Positions 38,752 through 49,122 are shown, counted from the first letter of the stretch. The stretch is 60,952 nucleotides of DNA from Candidatus Levybacteria bacterium RIFCSPLOWO2_12_FULL_41_12 (GCA_001784155.1 MFPL01000012.1:1-60952), one strand, 5' to 3'. Notes: a model not told the origin generated them from the sequence alone. Made by a program: numbers and translations.

Positions 38752-41040
38752 ATGAAAAAGACTCAAGCAAGTTTAGAGCTTGCAGGTAAAACATTAACGC
38801 TCGAAATGGGAGAATTGGCAAGACTTGCCACGTCTTCCGTTTTGGCGCGGCTCGGAGATACTATGGTGCTTGCTACTGTAGTAATGGGACAGGAGAGAGA
38901 TGATATTGATTACTTTCCTCTTACCGTTGAATACGTTGAACGACTTTATGCAGGGGGAAGAATTAAGGGATCGCGTTGGGTGAAAAGAGAGGGAAGGCCA
39001 TCTGATGACGCAATCCTTTCAGGAAGACTAATTGATCGATCAATCCGCCCGCTTTTTCCAAAGAGTTTTAAAAGAGAAGTCCAGGTAGTAGTAACTATCC
39101 TATCCGTAGATAACGTAAATGATCCGGATACCCTCTCAATAGTTGCAACATCCGCGGCGTTGCATATGTCACCCATTCCATGGGGAGGGCCGGTGGGAGC
39201 GGTAAGAGTAGCAGTAGTTAAAGAGAAGGGAAATGGAAATACAGAATTTATCATTAATCCTGAAATCAGCGAGACTCAGCTTTCAGATTTGGACCTTGTA
39301 GTAACTCAGACTAAAGATAAGACTCTCATGATAGAGGCAGGAGCCAATCAGGTTTCGGAAGACAAGGCGCTTGAGGCAATAGAGAAGGCGCAGGCTGAAA
39401 ATGTAAAAATAATAGAATTTATTGAGAACTTGGCAAAGGAAGCAGGGATTAAAAAAGAAGCTGCTCCGGAAGATCCTCGTTTGGCAGAGCTTACTTCGAA
39501 GCTTGAGAAGTCATATAAGGAAGACATAGAGGCGCTAATTAAGATAAGAGTAGATAAGGAATCCGGAAAGGATCTTTCTACAGACGCTTTAATAGATAGA
39601 ATTTATCAAGACGAAAAATTAAGCGATCCCGAAAACGCTCCCGACAAAAAGAAAACATCAAAAGCGCTTGAAACAGTTCTTTATAAGATTATTAAATCAA
39701 ATACTCTTAAAGGAAAAAGAGTCGACGGGCGCGGAATGGATGAGGTCCGCCCTATTTCTTCAAAAGTAAGTGTTCTTCCCAGAACCCACGGATCTGCAAT
39801 ATTTCAAAGAGGAGACACACAGGTATTAACAGTAGCAACGCTTGGTTCTCCAAGAATGGAGCAGTTAATTGAATCAGCTGAAGGTGAAGAGGCAAAAAGC
39901 TACATACATCACTACTCTTTTCCTCCTTACTCTGTTGGTGAAACTGGAAGAATGGGTGTGCCCTCTAGACGAGAAATAGGACATGGTGCGCTCGCTGAGA
40001 GGGCTTTAGAACCAGTTATTCCAATTCAGGAAAGTTTTCCATATACGATTCGAGTAGTCTCTGAAGTTCTCTCCTCGAATGGCTCAACATCTATGGCATC
40101 TACTTGTGGATCTACGCTTGCTCTAATGGATGCAGGAGTTCCTATTAAAAGCCCGGTTTCAGGAGTTGCGATGGGTATGATGTCTGATGGAGACAAGTAC
40201 CAAATACTTACGGATATCCTGGGTCTTGAAGATTTTGCAGGAGATATGGATTTCAAAGTGGCAGGAACAAAGGAGGGCGTAACTGCGATACAGCTTGATG
40301 TAAAAATTCCAGGTCTTACGCTAGCACAAATTAAAGAGATTTTGGAAAAAGCGAAAGTTGCAAGAGAGGGAATAATGGACACAATGCTTTCTGTAATTCC
40401 CACAGTGCGACAGGGAGTCTCAGAATACGCGCCAAAAATAGAATTAATTCATATTCCGGTCGAAAAAATTGGAGAGGTTATAGGGCCGGGGGGAAGAATG
40501 ATAAAAAGTATTATAGCGCAGACCGGTGCAACAGTAGACGTAGAGGACGACGGAACAGTTACAGTCTCGGGAACAAATGAAGAGTCCGTAAGAATGGCTT
40601 CAGAATGGATAGCTGGCTTAGTGCGTGAAGTAAAAGCAGGAGAAGTCTTTGAAGGCGAAGTGAAGAGAATCCTACCATTCGGAGCATTTGTTGAAATTCT
40701 TCCGGGAAAAGAAGGAATGGTTCATGTATCCCAGATGGCTTCTGAATTCGTGAAAAATCCAAATGACGTAGTTGCGATTGGCGATAAGGTTAAAGTAAAG
40801 GTAATAGAAATCGATGAACAATCTAGGATAAACCTTTCAATGAAATTCGGACAAGAAGGCTCAGGGGCCGGTGGGGGAGACCGTCCGGAAAAAGGAAATG
40901 AAAAAGAGGTTCCTGCTCTACAGCAGCCAAAAAGTGCACATCCCCTGGCAATGCAATTTCAGCGCGAAAGACGTGAAAAAGAAGAAAGCATGAGGCGTGC
41001 AAATCCCAGACGCACTCCCTACAAAAAAAACAATTACTAG
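38752..41040 (+). CDS. pnp: Polyribonucleotide nucleotidyltransferase
   Basis: RLIDRSIRPLF, RREIGHG, GDMDFKVAG, KH and S1 domains. Confidence 0.97.
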   Translation: MKKTQASLELAGKTLTLEMGELARLATSSVLARLGDTMVLATVVMGQERDDIDYFPLTVEYVERLYAGGRIKGSRWVKREGRPSDDAILSGRLIDRSIRPLFPKSFKREVQVVVTILSVDNVNDPDTLSIVATSAALHMSPIPWGGPVGAVRVAVVKEKGNGNTEFIINPEISETQLSDLDLVVTQTKDKTLMIEAGANQVSEDKALEAIEKAQAENVKIIEFIENLAKEAGIKKEAAPEDPRLAELTSKLEKSYKEDIEALIKIRVDKESGKDLSTDALIDRIYQDEKLSDPENAPDKKKTSKALETVLYKIIKSNTLKGKRVDGRGMDEVRPISSKVSVLPRTHGSAIFQRGDTQVLTVATLGSPRMEQLIESAEGEEAKSYIHHYSFPPYSVGETGRMGVPSRREIGHGALAERALEPVIPIQESFPYTIRVVSEVLSSNGSTSMASTCGSTLALMDAGVPIKSPVSGVAMGMMSDGDKYQILTDILGLEDFAGDMDFKVAGTKEGVTAIQLDVKIPGLTLAQIKEILEKAKVAREGIMDTMLSVIPTVRQGVSEYAPKIELIHIPVEKIGEVIGPGGRMIKSIIAQTGATVDVEDDGTVTVSGTNEESVRMASEWIAGLVREVKAGEVFEGEVKRILPFGAFVEILPGKEGMVHVSQMASEFVKNPNDVVAIGDKVKVKVIEIDEQSRINLSMKFGQEGSGAGGGDRPEKGNEKEVPALQQPKSAHPLAMQFQRERREKEESMRRANPRRTPYKKNNY

Positions 41041-41072
41041 ACTAAGCAGTCCTCTTCCCCTATTATTTATAT

Positions 41073-42116
41073 ATGGATCAGAATCTGTCCCAAAACATTA
41101 ACGCTTTGCGCGAAAAAGTCAAAAATGCAAATCTTCCAACGGATTTATCGGAAAAGATAGATAGTATGATTTCTATCGTTTCAACAGCAGGCATGTCGAT
41201 TAACAACTTTGAGAACGTAGCTAGCTATATAAATTACGTCGTTTCGCTTCCCTTTAACTCTTTATCCCAAGACACTTTGGATTTGAATAAAGCAAAGGAA
41301 GTTTTAGACAAAAATCACTATGGTCTCCAGAGTGTAAAAGACAGAATTCTTGAGTACATGGCGAGCTTAATCCTAAATATTCAAAAAGATCAGGGCAGTT
41401 CAATGGATGCGCCTATTCTTTGTCTGGTAGGACTTGTCGGAACAGGTAAAACCACCCTAGCCTATTCTATAGCTCAAGCTCTGGGTCGTTCTTTTGAAAG
41501 AATCCCTTTTGGAGGACTGGGGGATATAAGATCTATTAGGGGACAAGCCCGAGGCCTTAATGACGCAGAGCCAGGGTTAATCATAAAAAAACTTATTAAT
41601 GCGAAAACTAAAAACCCTGTTATTCTCCTTGACGAAATAGACAGAGTTGTCGAAGTCTCGAGGGCAGATGTTATGGGTGTACTTTTGGAAGTTTTAGATC
41701 CAACGCAAAATAAAGCATTTGTAGATCATTATGTCGATTATCCATTCGATTTGTCTCAGGTACTTTTCGTCGCTACGGCTAACAATACAACTAATATATC
41801 AACAGCTGTTTTAGACAGGCTTGAGGTTATTCAGATGCCTTCATACAGCGATGAAGAAAAACTAAATATAGGAAAGAGCTATCTTTTGCCTAAAATTATT
41901 GAGCGCTCTGGGCTCGGTGTGGGACAACTTGTGTTTGACGAAACCATCTGGCCTAGTATCATAAGACCATTAGGATTTGACTCCGGAATTAGAAGTCTTG
42001 AGAGGGCAATAGAGGGAATTTCTAGAAAGGCAGCCCGTATGATTGTTGAAGGAAAAATCAAGAAAGATGCTATAATCCGAGTTGATAGCTCGAACATTAA
42101 GGCATTCATGACCTAA
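41073..42116 (+). CDS. Lon-type AAA+ module only (no protease domain)
   Basis: LDKNHYGLQSVKDRILEY, GLVGTGKT, NPVILLDEID; ends where the protease domain would begin. Confidence 0.85.
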   Translation: MDQNLSQNINALREKVKNANLPTDLSEKIDSMISIVSTAGMSINNFENVASYINYVVSLPFNSLSQDTLDLNKAKEVLDKNHYGLQSVKDRILEYMASLILNIQKDQGSSMDAPILCLVGLVGTGKTTLAYSIAQALGRSFERIPFGGLGDIRSIRGQARGLNDAEPGLIIKKLINAKTKNPVILLDEIDRVVEVSRADVMGVLLEVLDPTQNKAFVDHYVDYPFDLSQVLFVATANNTTNISTAVLDRLEVIQMPSYSDEEKLNIGKSYLLPKIIERSGLGVGQLVFDETIWPSIIRPLGFDSGIRSLERAIEGISRKAARMIVEGKIKKDAIIRVDSSNIKAFMT

Positions 42117-42120
42117 TTTT

Positions 42121-43773
42121 ATGGATAAAAAAATTTCATTTATTCCTATTGGAGGAATCACAGACGTCACCAAAAACATGTATCTCTACGAATATGAGGA
42201 TTCAATTCTAATAGTTGATTGTGGGCTTGGGTTTCCCAACGAAACAATGCTCGGCGTTGACCTTCTTCTTCCTGACATAACTTACCTTAAAACCACTAAG
42301 AAAAAAATTGTAGGAATGGTATTAACTCACGGACACGAAGATCATATAGGTGCGCTTCCATATGTGCTTCCGGAACTACCAAGTTTTCCGATATACGCCA
42401 CAACCCTAACAGCAGCATTTTCAAACGAAAAGTTAGTGGAGTTTGGAACATCTTACAGAGTGCAGACTGTGCCTTTCGAAAAAGATATTCAAATAGGTCC
42501 CTTTGGCATATCTTTTATCAGAGTTACTCATTCCGTTCCCGATACCTCAAACATTTTTATTAAAACACCCGCGGGGAATTTTTATCACGGATCAGATTTC
42601 AAATTTGACATGACGCCGTTTGATGGAAAGAAAACGGACTTTACAAAGATATCCAGACTTTCGTCGCAAGGGGTGTTATGTCTAATGTCTGATGCCTTAG
42701 GGGCAGAAAGACCGGGAGCCTCTCCAACAGAAATGGATATTCTTCCGATTCTTATTGAAGAGATGAGAACCTGTAAGGGGAAAATCATTTTGACTACTTA
42801 CTCATCCAACATTTCAAGACTTAACCAGGCAGTTTTGGCGGCAAGACTCACGGGACGGAAAGTTTGCTTCATTGGACGATCTCTTCTTAAGGCTAAGGAT
42901 GTAGCTCAGAGACTGGATTATATGAAAATAGATAAAGGGATTGAGATAGAACAAAAACAGCTCAGAAATTTTAAAGATCAGAATTTGCTACTTTTCGTTG
43001 CAGGCAGTCAGGGGCAGGAAGGCTCTGCTCTTTCAAGGCTAGTAAATGGAGACATAAGAGAAACCTCGATTAAACCTACTGACACTGTGATATTTTCATC
43101 GGATATTATTCCGGGAAATGAAGTGTCGGTGAATGCACTAATTGATGAAATTTCTAAAATTGGAGCAAAAGTTTTGCATTCAGAAGTCGCAGAAGACATA
43201 CACGTATCAGGCCACGGTAAGCAATATGACTTAATGCTTATGATGTCTTTGGTAAAAGGGCAAAATGTAATGCCAATAGGCTCAACATATAGACACGCCG
43301 CAGCGTACAGACAGCTTGCCCGGAATATGGGGTATCTGGATAAAAATATACTTCTTTTGGAGGATGGGCAGGAAATAATCTTTGAAAAAGGAACAACAAG
43401 AATGGGGCAGAAGATACAGGTTAGAAATGTTTACGTAGACCAGCTGTCAGGCGAGGAGATAGAGAGCTTTGTCCTTAGAGATAGAGAAAAGATATCCAAG
43501 GAAGGCGTTGTGGTATTAATGCTTGAGCTCGATTCTAACACAGGACAGGTAATAGGAACACCCAATATAATAGCGCGTGGCTTTTCAACAGCAGAAGCTA
43601 TTGAGTTAAACAAAGCTTTGGTAAATGAAATAAAAAGAAGCATGCTGAATAAGAAGGGACGAGTAACAGACTGGACCTATACGAGACGCTTTATAGGAGG
43701 AATAGCTGAGAAATTTATTTCAACTAAATTTAGAAGACGACCTCTTGTCCTTCCCGTAGTTATAGAAGTGTAG
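42121..43773 (+). CDS. rnj: Ribonuclease J
   Basis: THGHEDHIG, HSVPD, GSQG, HVSGH. Confidence 0.95.
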   Translation: MDKKISFIPIGGITDVTKNMYLYEYEDSILIVDCGLGFPNETMLGVDLLLPDITYLKTTKKKIVGMVLTHGHEDHIGALPYVLPELPSFPIYATTLTAAFSNEKLVEFGTSYRVQTVPFEKDIQIGPFGISFIRVTHSVPDTSNIFIKTPAGNFYHGSDFKFDMTPFDGKKTDFTKISRLSSQGVLCLMSDALGAERPGASPTEMDILPILIEEMRTCKGKIILTTYSSNISRLNQAVLAARLTGRKVCFIGRSLLKAKDVAQRLDYMKIDKGIEIEQKQLRNFKDQNLLLFVAGSQGQEGSALSRLVNGDIRETSIKPTDTVIFSSDIIPGNEVSVNALIDEISKIGAKVLHSEVAEDIHVSGHGKQYDLMLMMSLVKGQNVMPIGSTYRHAAAYRQLARNMGYLDKNILLLEDGQEIIFEKGTTRMGQKIQVRNVYVDQLSGEEIESFVLRDREKISKEGVVVLMLELDSNTGQVIGTPNIIARGFSTAEAIELNKALVNEIKRSMLNKKGRVTDWTYTRRFIGGIAEKFISTKFRRRPLVLPVVIEV

Positions 43774-43815
43774 GAATATTCTCATTTGTGGTAGAATAAT
43801 ATCTCCCATACCCAA

Positions 43816-44346
43816 ATGAAGGCATTTTTAAAAGAAATCAAGTTTGATTCAACGAACCACACATATATAAAAAACATCACTGATGTTGTTAACGAAGCAA
43901 TAAAAAAAGCTGGCGTAAAAGATGGATTAGCCTTAATTAATAGTAAACATACGACAATGGGAATTCTGGTGAATGAAATAGCCGAGCCCCACCTTCTAGA
44001 AGATTTTCTTCATCACACTCTTGCCTCAGTACACGAAGATAAAAGATCAACAAGAGTAAATAAAGACTATAAGCATCCAACAAAAGATTATAAACATAGG
44101 TGTCAGGATAATCCTTACTGTGATGAGATAGACGAGGATTATAATGCAGCAGCCCACATTAGAGCCATTCTTTATTCTCATCCCAGCGTATCGCTCTCCA
44201 TAAAAGGCGGGAAATTGGAGTTGGGTAAATATCAGGAAGTTGCTATTTTTGAATTTGACGGAAGAGACGGGAAGGGGAAAAATCCTATCAGAAAAAGAAC
44301 AGTGCAGATCTGGATCTACCCCTTCGAGGAAGTAGTAGTACTATAA
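43816..44346 (+). CDS. YjbQ/UPF0047 family protein
   Basis: HTTMGILVNE, NAAAH, LGKYQEVAIFEFDG. Confidence 0.85.
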   Translation: MKAFLKEIKFDSTNHTYIKNITDVVNEAIKKAGVKDGLALINSKHTTMGILVNEIAEPHLLEDFLHHTLASVHEDKRSTRVNKDYKHPTKDYKHRCQDNPYCDEIDEDYNAAAHIRAILYSHPSVSLSIKGGKLELGKYQEVAIFEFDGRDGKGKNPIRKRTVQIWIYPFEEVVVL

Positions 44347-44356
44347 TTTATCTTAG

Positions 44357-45904
44357 GTGTTAAAGAAAATAATTAAAAAGGAAACTATACTCCTTTTAAT
44401 ACTCCTTCTTGGAGCATACGCTTTTCTCTACCAGATCCTTATTCCTCGAGTTTCCTCTTTTGGATGCTTTGATGATTGTTTTAATATTGTAGGAGGATAC
44501 TTTATTCTTAACGGCCTTCATCCGTACTCAGACTTTTTCTTTAACCACCAGATGCTCATGCCCTACATAAGTTATTTTATACAGCTTATATCAGATCCTA
44601 TCAACATTTTCGATCTGGTTCTTAAGCATAGACAAACTCTTCTTTTTTTCTCATTTTTTTTCAACGCGTTTCTTATCCTTCGTTTCAGATTAGCTGGATT
44701 TCTGTTTGTGCTTTTCTACGAGTTTTCAAAATATTACATTTTTGGAGACAGGTTCCTAGCGGAATCTTTCATTGTATACCCACTAGTATACATGATTGGT
44801 ATTCTTATTTTTAAGTTTCATGGCAGGGAAGTGCATCGTTTTGAATATTTTCTCTCAGCAATTTTTGCGTGGCTCGTCGTATTTATGAGAGAACCATATA
44901 CGCCTCTCGCCTTTCTTCTTTTACTTATGATTCACATTCCCACTCCACGAAAGATCGCCTTGGTTTCCGCGGGAATATTTTTAAGTCTCTCTGCCATAGT
45001 TATTCTGCAATACCCAATAAGTGAGTATTATTTCAATGTGGTCACCGTTAGTAAGCAAACTGTTTTATCCTACGAACTAAAAGAAACATCGCTATTTGGT
45101 GCGGGCTTTCTAAAAGCATTTCTGTATCCGCTATATGTTTTTATGACCGGAGAGTGGAATATTTTTAGGAGTTACCTTTTGGTTATCTCTCTGTCTTTTC
45201 TTCTTGCATTCTCTTATTACTCCTACAGGGTAAGAAACGCAAAGCTATTCATAGCTATACTTCTACTTTTGGGTTTAGCCAATCTTCGCTTAGTTGCCCC
45301 GGGTACTATTTTCTACGAAGCATTCCATATCATACCGTGGTTCGGAATGATTATCATGTCAATCTTTTTGGTTTTGTCGCTTATAAAAAGCAAGCCCATC
45401 TCCTACGTGCTTTACATTTTTCTGTTCATTACATTTTTAGGTTTTATTTTTTCAGAAAAGTCGTATTTGCGAGATAAAGTAGACCAGCAGTCTCTACTGA
45501 TTAACAATTACAGTCGAGAAATGGGAGCTGGTCAAGCTGTTAAGAATTTATCTAAAGAGGGTGACACGTTTTTCGCTGATGGATTTGATGAGCTTACCTT
45601 CTGGCAGTCAGGGCTTCTGTCCCCATATCGTTATGGATGGTATACGTCAGTTATGCCTAGATTTGAGAAGTATAGAAAGGCAAGAGTAGAGATGTTTGAA
45701 AAAAATCCGCCGGATTTTTATTATGGCTCGTGCGAAAAAGGATTTCCTGTTATCCCAGGCCCAATAAGAGATGATTATGTAAGGCTAACATCGAACGGGA
45801 AACCGGGTTGTATCTTTGTTCACGTGAAAAAACTTCCGGAAATAAATGATGACCAGTGGAAAAAAGCAGGAGAAAGTCTCTACGAGTTACCGGAGGATTA
45901 TTGA
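44357..45904 (+). CDS. GT-C-like multi-pass membrane protein
   Basis: FDD...PYSDFFFNH first-loop motif, many TM helices, soluble C-terminal domain. Confidence 0.7.
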   Translation: MLKKIIKKETILLLILLLGAYAFLYQILIPRVSSFGCFDDCFNIVGGYFILNGLHPYSDFFFNHQMLMPYISYFIQLISDPINIFDLVLKHRQTLLFFSFFFNAFLILRFRLAGFLFVLFYEFSKYYIFGDRFLAESFIVYPLVYMIGILIFKFHGREVHRFEYFLSAIFAWLVVFMREPYTPLAFLLLLMIHIPTPRKIALVSAGIFLSLSAIVILQYPISEYYFNVVTVSKQTVLSYELKETSLFGAGFLKAFLYPLYVFMTGEWNIFRSYLLVISLSFLLAFSYYSYRVRNAKLFIAILLLLGLANLRLVAPGTIFYEAFHIIPWFGMIIMSIFLVLSLIKSKPISYVLYIFLFITFLGFIFSEKSYLRDKVDQQSLLINNYSREMGAGQAVKNLSKEGDTFFADGFDELTFWQSGLLSPYRYGWYTSVMPRFEKYRKARVEMFEKNPPDFYYGSCEKGFPVIPGPIRDDYVRLTSNGKPGCIFVHVKKLPEINDDQWKKAGESLYELPEDY

Positions 45905-46539
45905 CAGTTTAACTGTGTGAGGCAAGTAGTTTTTGCGTCTCCACTCAGTGAGTTGCAAGCGGAACACTGATCCTCAGAGTCTCCATCTGTTGATTTGGGC
46001 TGAGTCACGTTTATACTTGATAAATCTAAGAATTTCAGATTTGACGGAGGATTGAATTTGGTAGGATCTGCTAGCCATGATTTACATTTATAGTCCACCT
46101 CTTTTTCTGCATCTAGGTATCCCTTTGCCTGATCGCTCTTTGAGAACTCATCAACGGGAAGCGTCATCTTAATTCCTGTTTCCATTTCTGAACCCCATAT
46201 GTAATTCGTATTACCATTTCTTATTATGCTAACGGTAGATGTATCATCGTCTTCGTTTGTTACGTCGATATCCCCTCGAAACTTATCACCGGAAAGATAG
46301 AAGATTCCTTTCGTAGATCCATTGTCATCATCTTCGTATTGGAAAGTGCATTCCTGTGTACTACCTGAGGATATTAATGCTAAGAGATTATTCTTAGCAG
46401 TCTCTACTTTTGTTTCAGCTACTGTGGCATTTTCTTGTGAAGGAGCCTTGGTACTCTGTGCATAAAAGAATAAACCTCCTATGGCCAAGAGTATTAATCC
46501 AAAAGCTGCAGCTGCAATATACTTTATGTTCACGCCCAC
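45898..46539 (-). CDS. Hypothetical exported protein with Cys-rich C-terminus
   Basis: N-terminal TM; YIWG; CSACNSLSGDAKTTCLTQLNC; start uncertain. Confidence 0.75.
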   Translation of the reverse strand: MGVNIKYIAAAAFGLILLAIGGLFFYAQSTKAPSQENATVAETKVETAKNNLLALISSGSTQECTFQYEDDDNGSTKGIFYLSGDKFRGDIDVTNEDDDTSTVSIIRNGNTNYIWGSEMETGIKMTLPVDEFSKSDQAKGYLDAEKEVDYKCKSWLADPTKFNPPSNLKFLDLSSINVTQPKSTDGDSEDQCSACNSLSGDAKTTCLTQLNCQ

Positions 46540-46565
46540 AATATTATTCTATAGGGTTGTTCTTG

Positions 46566-47687
46566 TCAAGAAGCGTTAGGAATATTAGATTTGATTTTTT
46601 CCCACGGGAAAATCTCTCTTCCAAAATGGCCATATGTTGAGGTCTTAAGATAGATTGGTCGTCTTAAGCTTAATCCGTCAATAATTCCTGCTACAGAAGT
46701 GTCTAGAATTTTAGACATAAAGCTTTTGATTACTGCATCGGATTTTTTTGCAGTCCCAAAGGTTTCTACGTCTTGCATTAGGGGTTTTTTTGCACCAATA
46801 AAATAGGCGAGTCTGACTTCTGCTTTGTCTGCGAGTTTCTCGGCAACTATATTTTTTGCAATAAATCTTGCGGCGTATGCTCCTGATCGATCAACTTTTG
46901 TAGGGTCTTTCCCGGAGAACGCGCCTCCACCTACCCTCGAATACCCGCCATACGTGTCTACTACAATTTTTCTTCCGGTAAGTCCTGAGTCAGACGCAGG
47001 ACCGGGGTTATGCCAAACGCCGGTTCCATTAACTATCAATTCCTTTTTGCTTATTTTAAAACCGTATTCTCCTAAGATCTCTGTGACAACCTTTTTATAA
47101 ATATCTTCGGCGACTTCGCTGAGTTTTACTTTTTTATCATGGGGGACTGCTACTACTACATGGGATACTTTATACGGCCTTCCGTTTTTATATTCTACTG
47201 TGGCTTGAGTTTTACCATCGGGTAAAAGATATAATAGGTCTTTTTTTACTGCATCCAGCTTTTCTGATAAGCCATGAGCCAAAGTTATAGGAAGAGGCAT
47301 ATAGCTTTCTGTTTCTCGGCATGCAAAACCAAACATCATTCCCTGATCACCTGCGCCCTCAGGCTTCACGCCTTTTGCAATCTCAGGGGACTGTTCGTGG
47401 ATAAAGACCTGTATGAGGGATTTGTCTGAGAAATTAAACGATGGATGGGTATATCCAAGTTCCCTTATCCTTTCGCGGGCAATTTTTTTGTAATCGAGTT
47501 TTACTTTCGTTGTGACTTCTCCGGCAATTACTACCATGTTGAATCCTGCGAGAGTCTCGACTGCAACCCTTCCAAATTTATCTTGCTTTAGTACCTCATC
47601 CAATATGGCATCGCTTATGGAATCGCAAATTTTGTCGGGGTGTCCTGCGCAAACTGACTCTGAAGTAAAAAAATAATTTTTGCCCAT
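46566..47687 (-). CDS. metK: S-adenosylmethionine synthetase
   Basis: FTSESVCAGHPDK, GAGDQG, GGGAFSGKD; ATG at 47687. Confidence 0.97.
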   Translation of the reverse strand: MGKNYFFTSESVCAGHPDKICDSISDAILDEVLKQDKFGRVAVETLAGFNMVVIAGEVTTKVKLDYKKIARERIRELGYTHPSFNFSDKSLIQVFIHEQSPEIAKGVKPEGAGDQGMMFGFACRETESYMPLPITLAHGLSEKLDAVKKDLLYLLPDGKTQATVEYKNGRPYKVSHVVVAVPHDKKVKLSEVAEDIYKKVVTEILGEYGFKISKKELIVNGTGVWHNPGPASDSGLTGRKIVVDTYGGYSRVGGGAFSGKDPTKVDRSGAYAARFIAKNIVAEKLADKAEVRLAYFIGAKKPLMQDVETFGTAKKSDAVIKSFMSKILDTSVAGIIDGLSLRRPIYLKTSTYGHFGREIFPWEKIKSNIPNAS

Positions 47688-47692
47688 AGGCC

Positions 47693-47770
47693 GCATCTCG
47701 TGAGACGAATGGCACCGCGGTCTTTTTATCGACTCGGTTGCCGGATGGATGTATCCATCGCTCTTGATGC
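47693..47770 (-). ncRNA. SAM-I superfamily riboswitch aptamer (compact variant)
   Basis: P1 GCATC/GATGC, ATCAAGAG, P2 GATGGA/TCCATC, GGCAACC...GGTGCC P3; lies between a TTGACA promoter (47808) and metK. Confidence 0.88.
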
Positions 47771-47851
47771 TTTAACATAGCCTATCATAAGGGTAAAAAG
47801 CTTGTCAATAAAGTTTGACAGGAATTAAAAGCTGGAGTATAACGGAGTAAA

Positions 47852-48010
47852 ATGAAAAAGCTTTCAGCTTCTGCAAAGCATTATAGTCAGGGCGGTCTCC
47901 TTTTTTGGCAAAAGGGTTACAGTAGAGACGGAAAAATGGTGAAGCCTCATTTTAAGACAAAACCCGATAATAACGCCTCCAATAATCGCAAACACCTTTT
48001 GGGTTACTAG
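47852..48010 (+). CDS. Small basic protein (52 aa), not in the ORF track
   Basis: MKKLSASAKHYSQGGLLFWQKGYSRDGKMVKPHFKTKPDNNASNNRKHLLGY behind TTGACA(47815)-17-TATAAC. Confidence 0.7.
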   Translation: MKKLSASAKHYSQGGLLFWQKGYSRDGKMVKPHFKTKPDNNASNNRKHLLGY

Positions 48011-48043
48011 CTTGACAGAATTCTGTAAACTGGTTTAAAGGAA

Positions 48044-48649
48044 TTAGCCCGAGAAGGTGAGGCGCTTGTAGATTTTTCGGGTTAACTCCACATCTCTTTC
48101 GCAATATTCACAAATCTCTTTAATGCGTCCGTCTTCAAAGGCCTTAGCGACATTTTTACCCGTTATGTCTCCTTCTTTTGAGGAAGGCAGTCCTAATGCT
48201 TTTGCTAAGGTATCTAGTGAAACAAAAGTATTTCCCCATTTGTTCCATTCTTTCATTACGTCAAAAATCGGTTCTCTTCTGTACCTCGCGAAATTGAGAT
48301 CTATACTAGGTTTTACTCCTAGAACTACAGACCTTTGATATATGAAGCGGAGATCAAAATCCATTACATTAAAACCTATGAAAAGCGTCGCATCTTTTGC
48401 CACATCCCAGAAGTCTTCAACTATCTTTTTCTCGTCCCCGAAAAAAGTCGTGGTTTTCCCGTCATTTATCGCATAAGAAATACAGGCAATTCTGCCAAAC
48501 GCTCCGTCAAATGAGGTTTGTAAAACGTATTCCTCAAAAGTCCCAGGCTTTTTGCCGTCGTTAATAGCTCTGTCATAAACGTCTTTCAATACTGGATGTT
48601 TTTCTTTCTCAACAGGAATTGTCTCGATGTCTAAAAAAAGTTTGTTCAT
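48044..48649 (-). CDS. 3'-5' exonuclease, PolB-exo/RNase H-like family
   Basis: FLDIET (ExoI), GFNVMDFD (ExoII), YCERDV (ExoIII). Confidence 0.88.
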   Translation of the reverse strand: MNKLFLDIETIPVEKEKHPVLKDVYDRAINDGKKPGTFEEYVLQTSFDGAFGRIACISYAINDGKTTTFFGDEKKIVEDFWDVAKDATLFIGFNVMDFDLRFIYQRSVVLGVKPSIDLNFARYRREPIFDVMKEWNKWGNTFVSLDTLAKALGLPSSKEGDITGKNVAKAFEDGRIKEICEYCERDVELTRKIYKRLTFSG

Positions 48650-48708
48650 AAGGATAAATTATACACCATTGACACTGCTTGGGTTTGGAAGTAGAATGTT
48701 TTTCTCAG

Positions 48709-49122
48709 ATGACAATAGAATTGGATACGTCAAGCTCGGAAGCCGGAAACTTTTACGGAAGAAATAGAGTCGTTGTTAGGGATGAACCTGAGTTTGTTGA
48801 TGTCTTCTCCCCATACAGGAGACTAGTGTTGCCTTCTTCGATGGAAGTTGTAAGAGATTTACCTAGGCCGGAAATTCATGAAGAAGTTAGGGTAGCCAAG
48901 GGAGGAAACGAAGTTGATATTATTGAGCATCAATATGACGCAGAGGGCAGAAAAATTCATGTGGGGGTCAAAGCGTTAATCGGAGAAAGAATAAACGAAA
49001 GAGATATATGGGTAAACCCTCACAATTTATCCCAGCCTGTAAGGCTTAGGTGGGTTGAGGGTAATCCAATAAAAAGAGCAATTGGGGCAGTAACGAGAAG
49101 ATTAAGACTTACCCTCAGTTAA
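48709..49122 (+). CDS. Hypothetical protein
   Basis: ATG at 48709 behind TTGACA(48669)-17-TAGAAT. Confidence 0.6.
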   Translation: MTIELDTSSSEAGNFYGRNRVVVRDEPEFVDVFSPYRRLVLPSSMEVVRDLPRPEIHEEVRVAKGGNEVDIIEHQYDAEGRKIHVGVKALIGERINERDIWVNPHNLSQPVRLRWVEGNPIKRAIGAVTRRLRLTLS

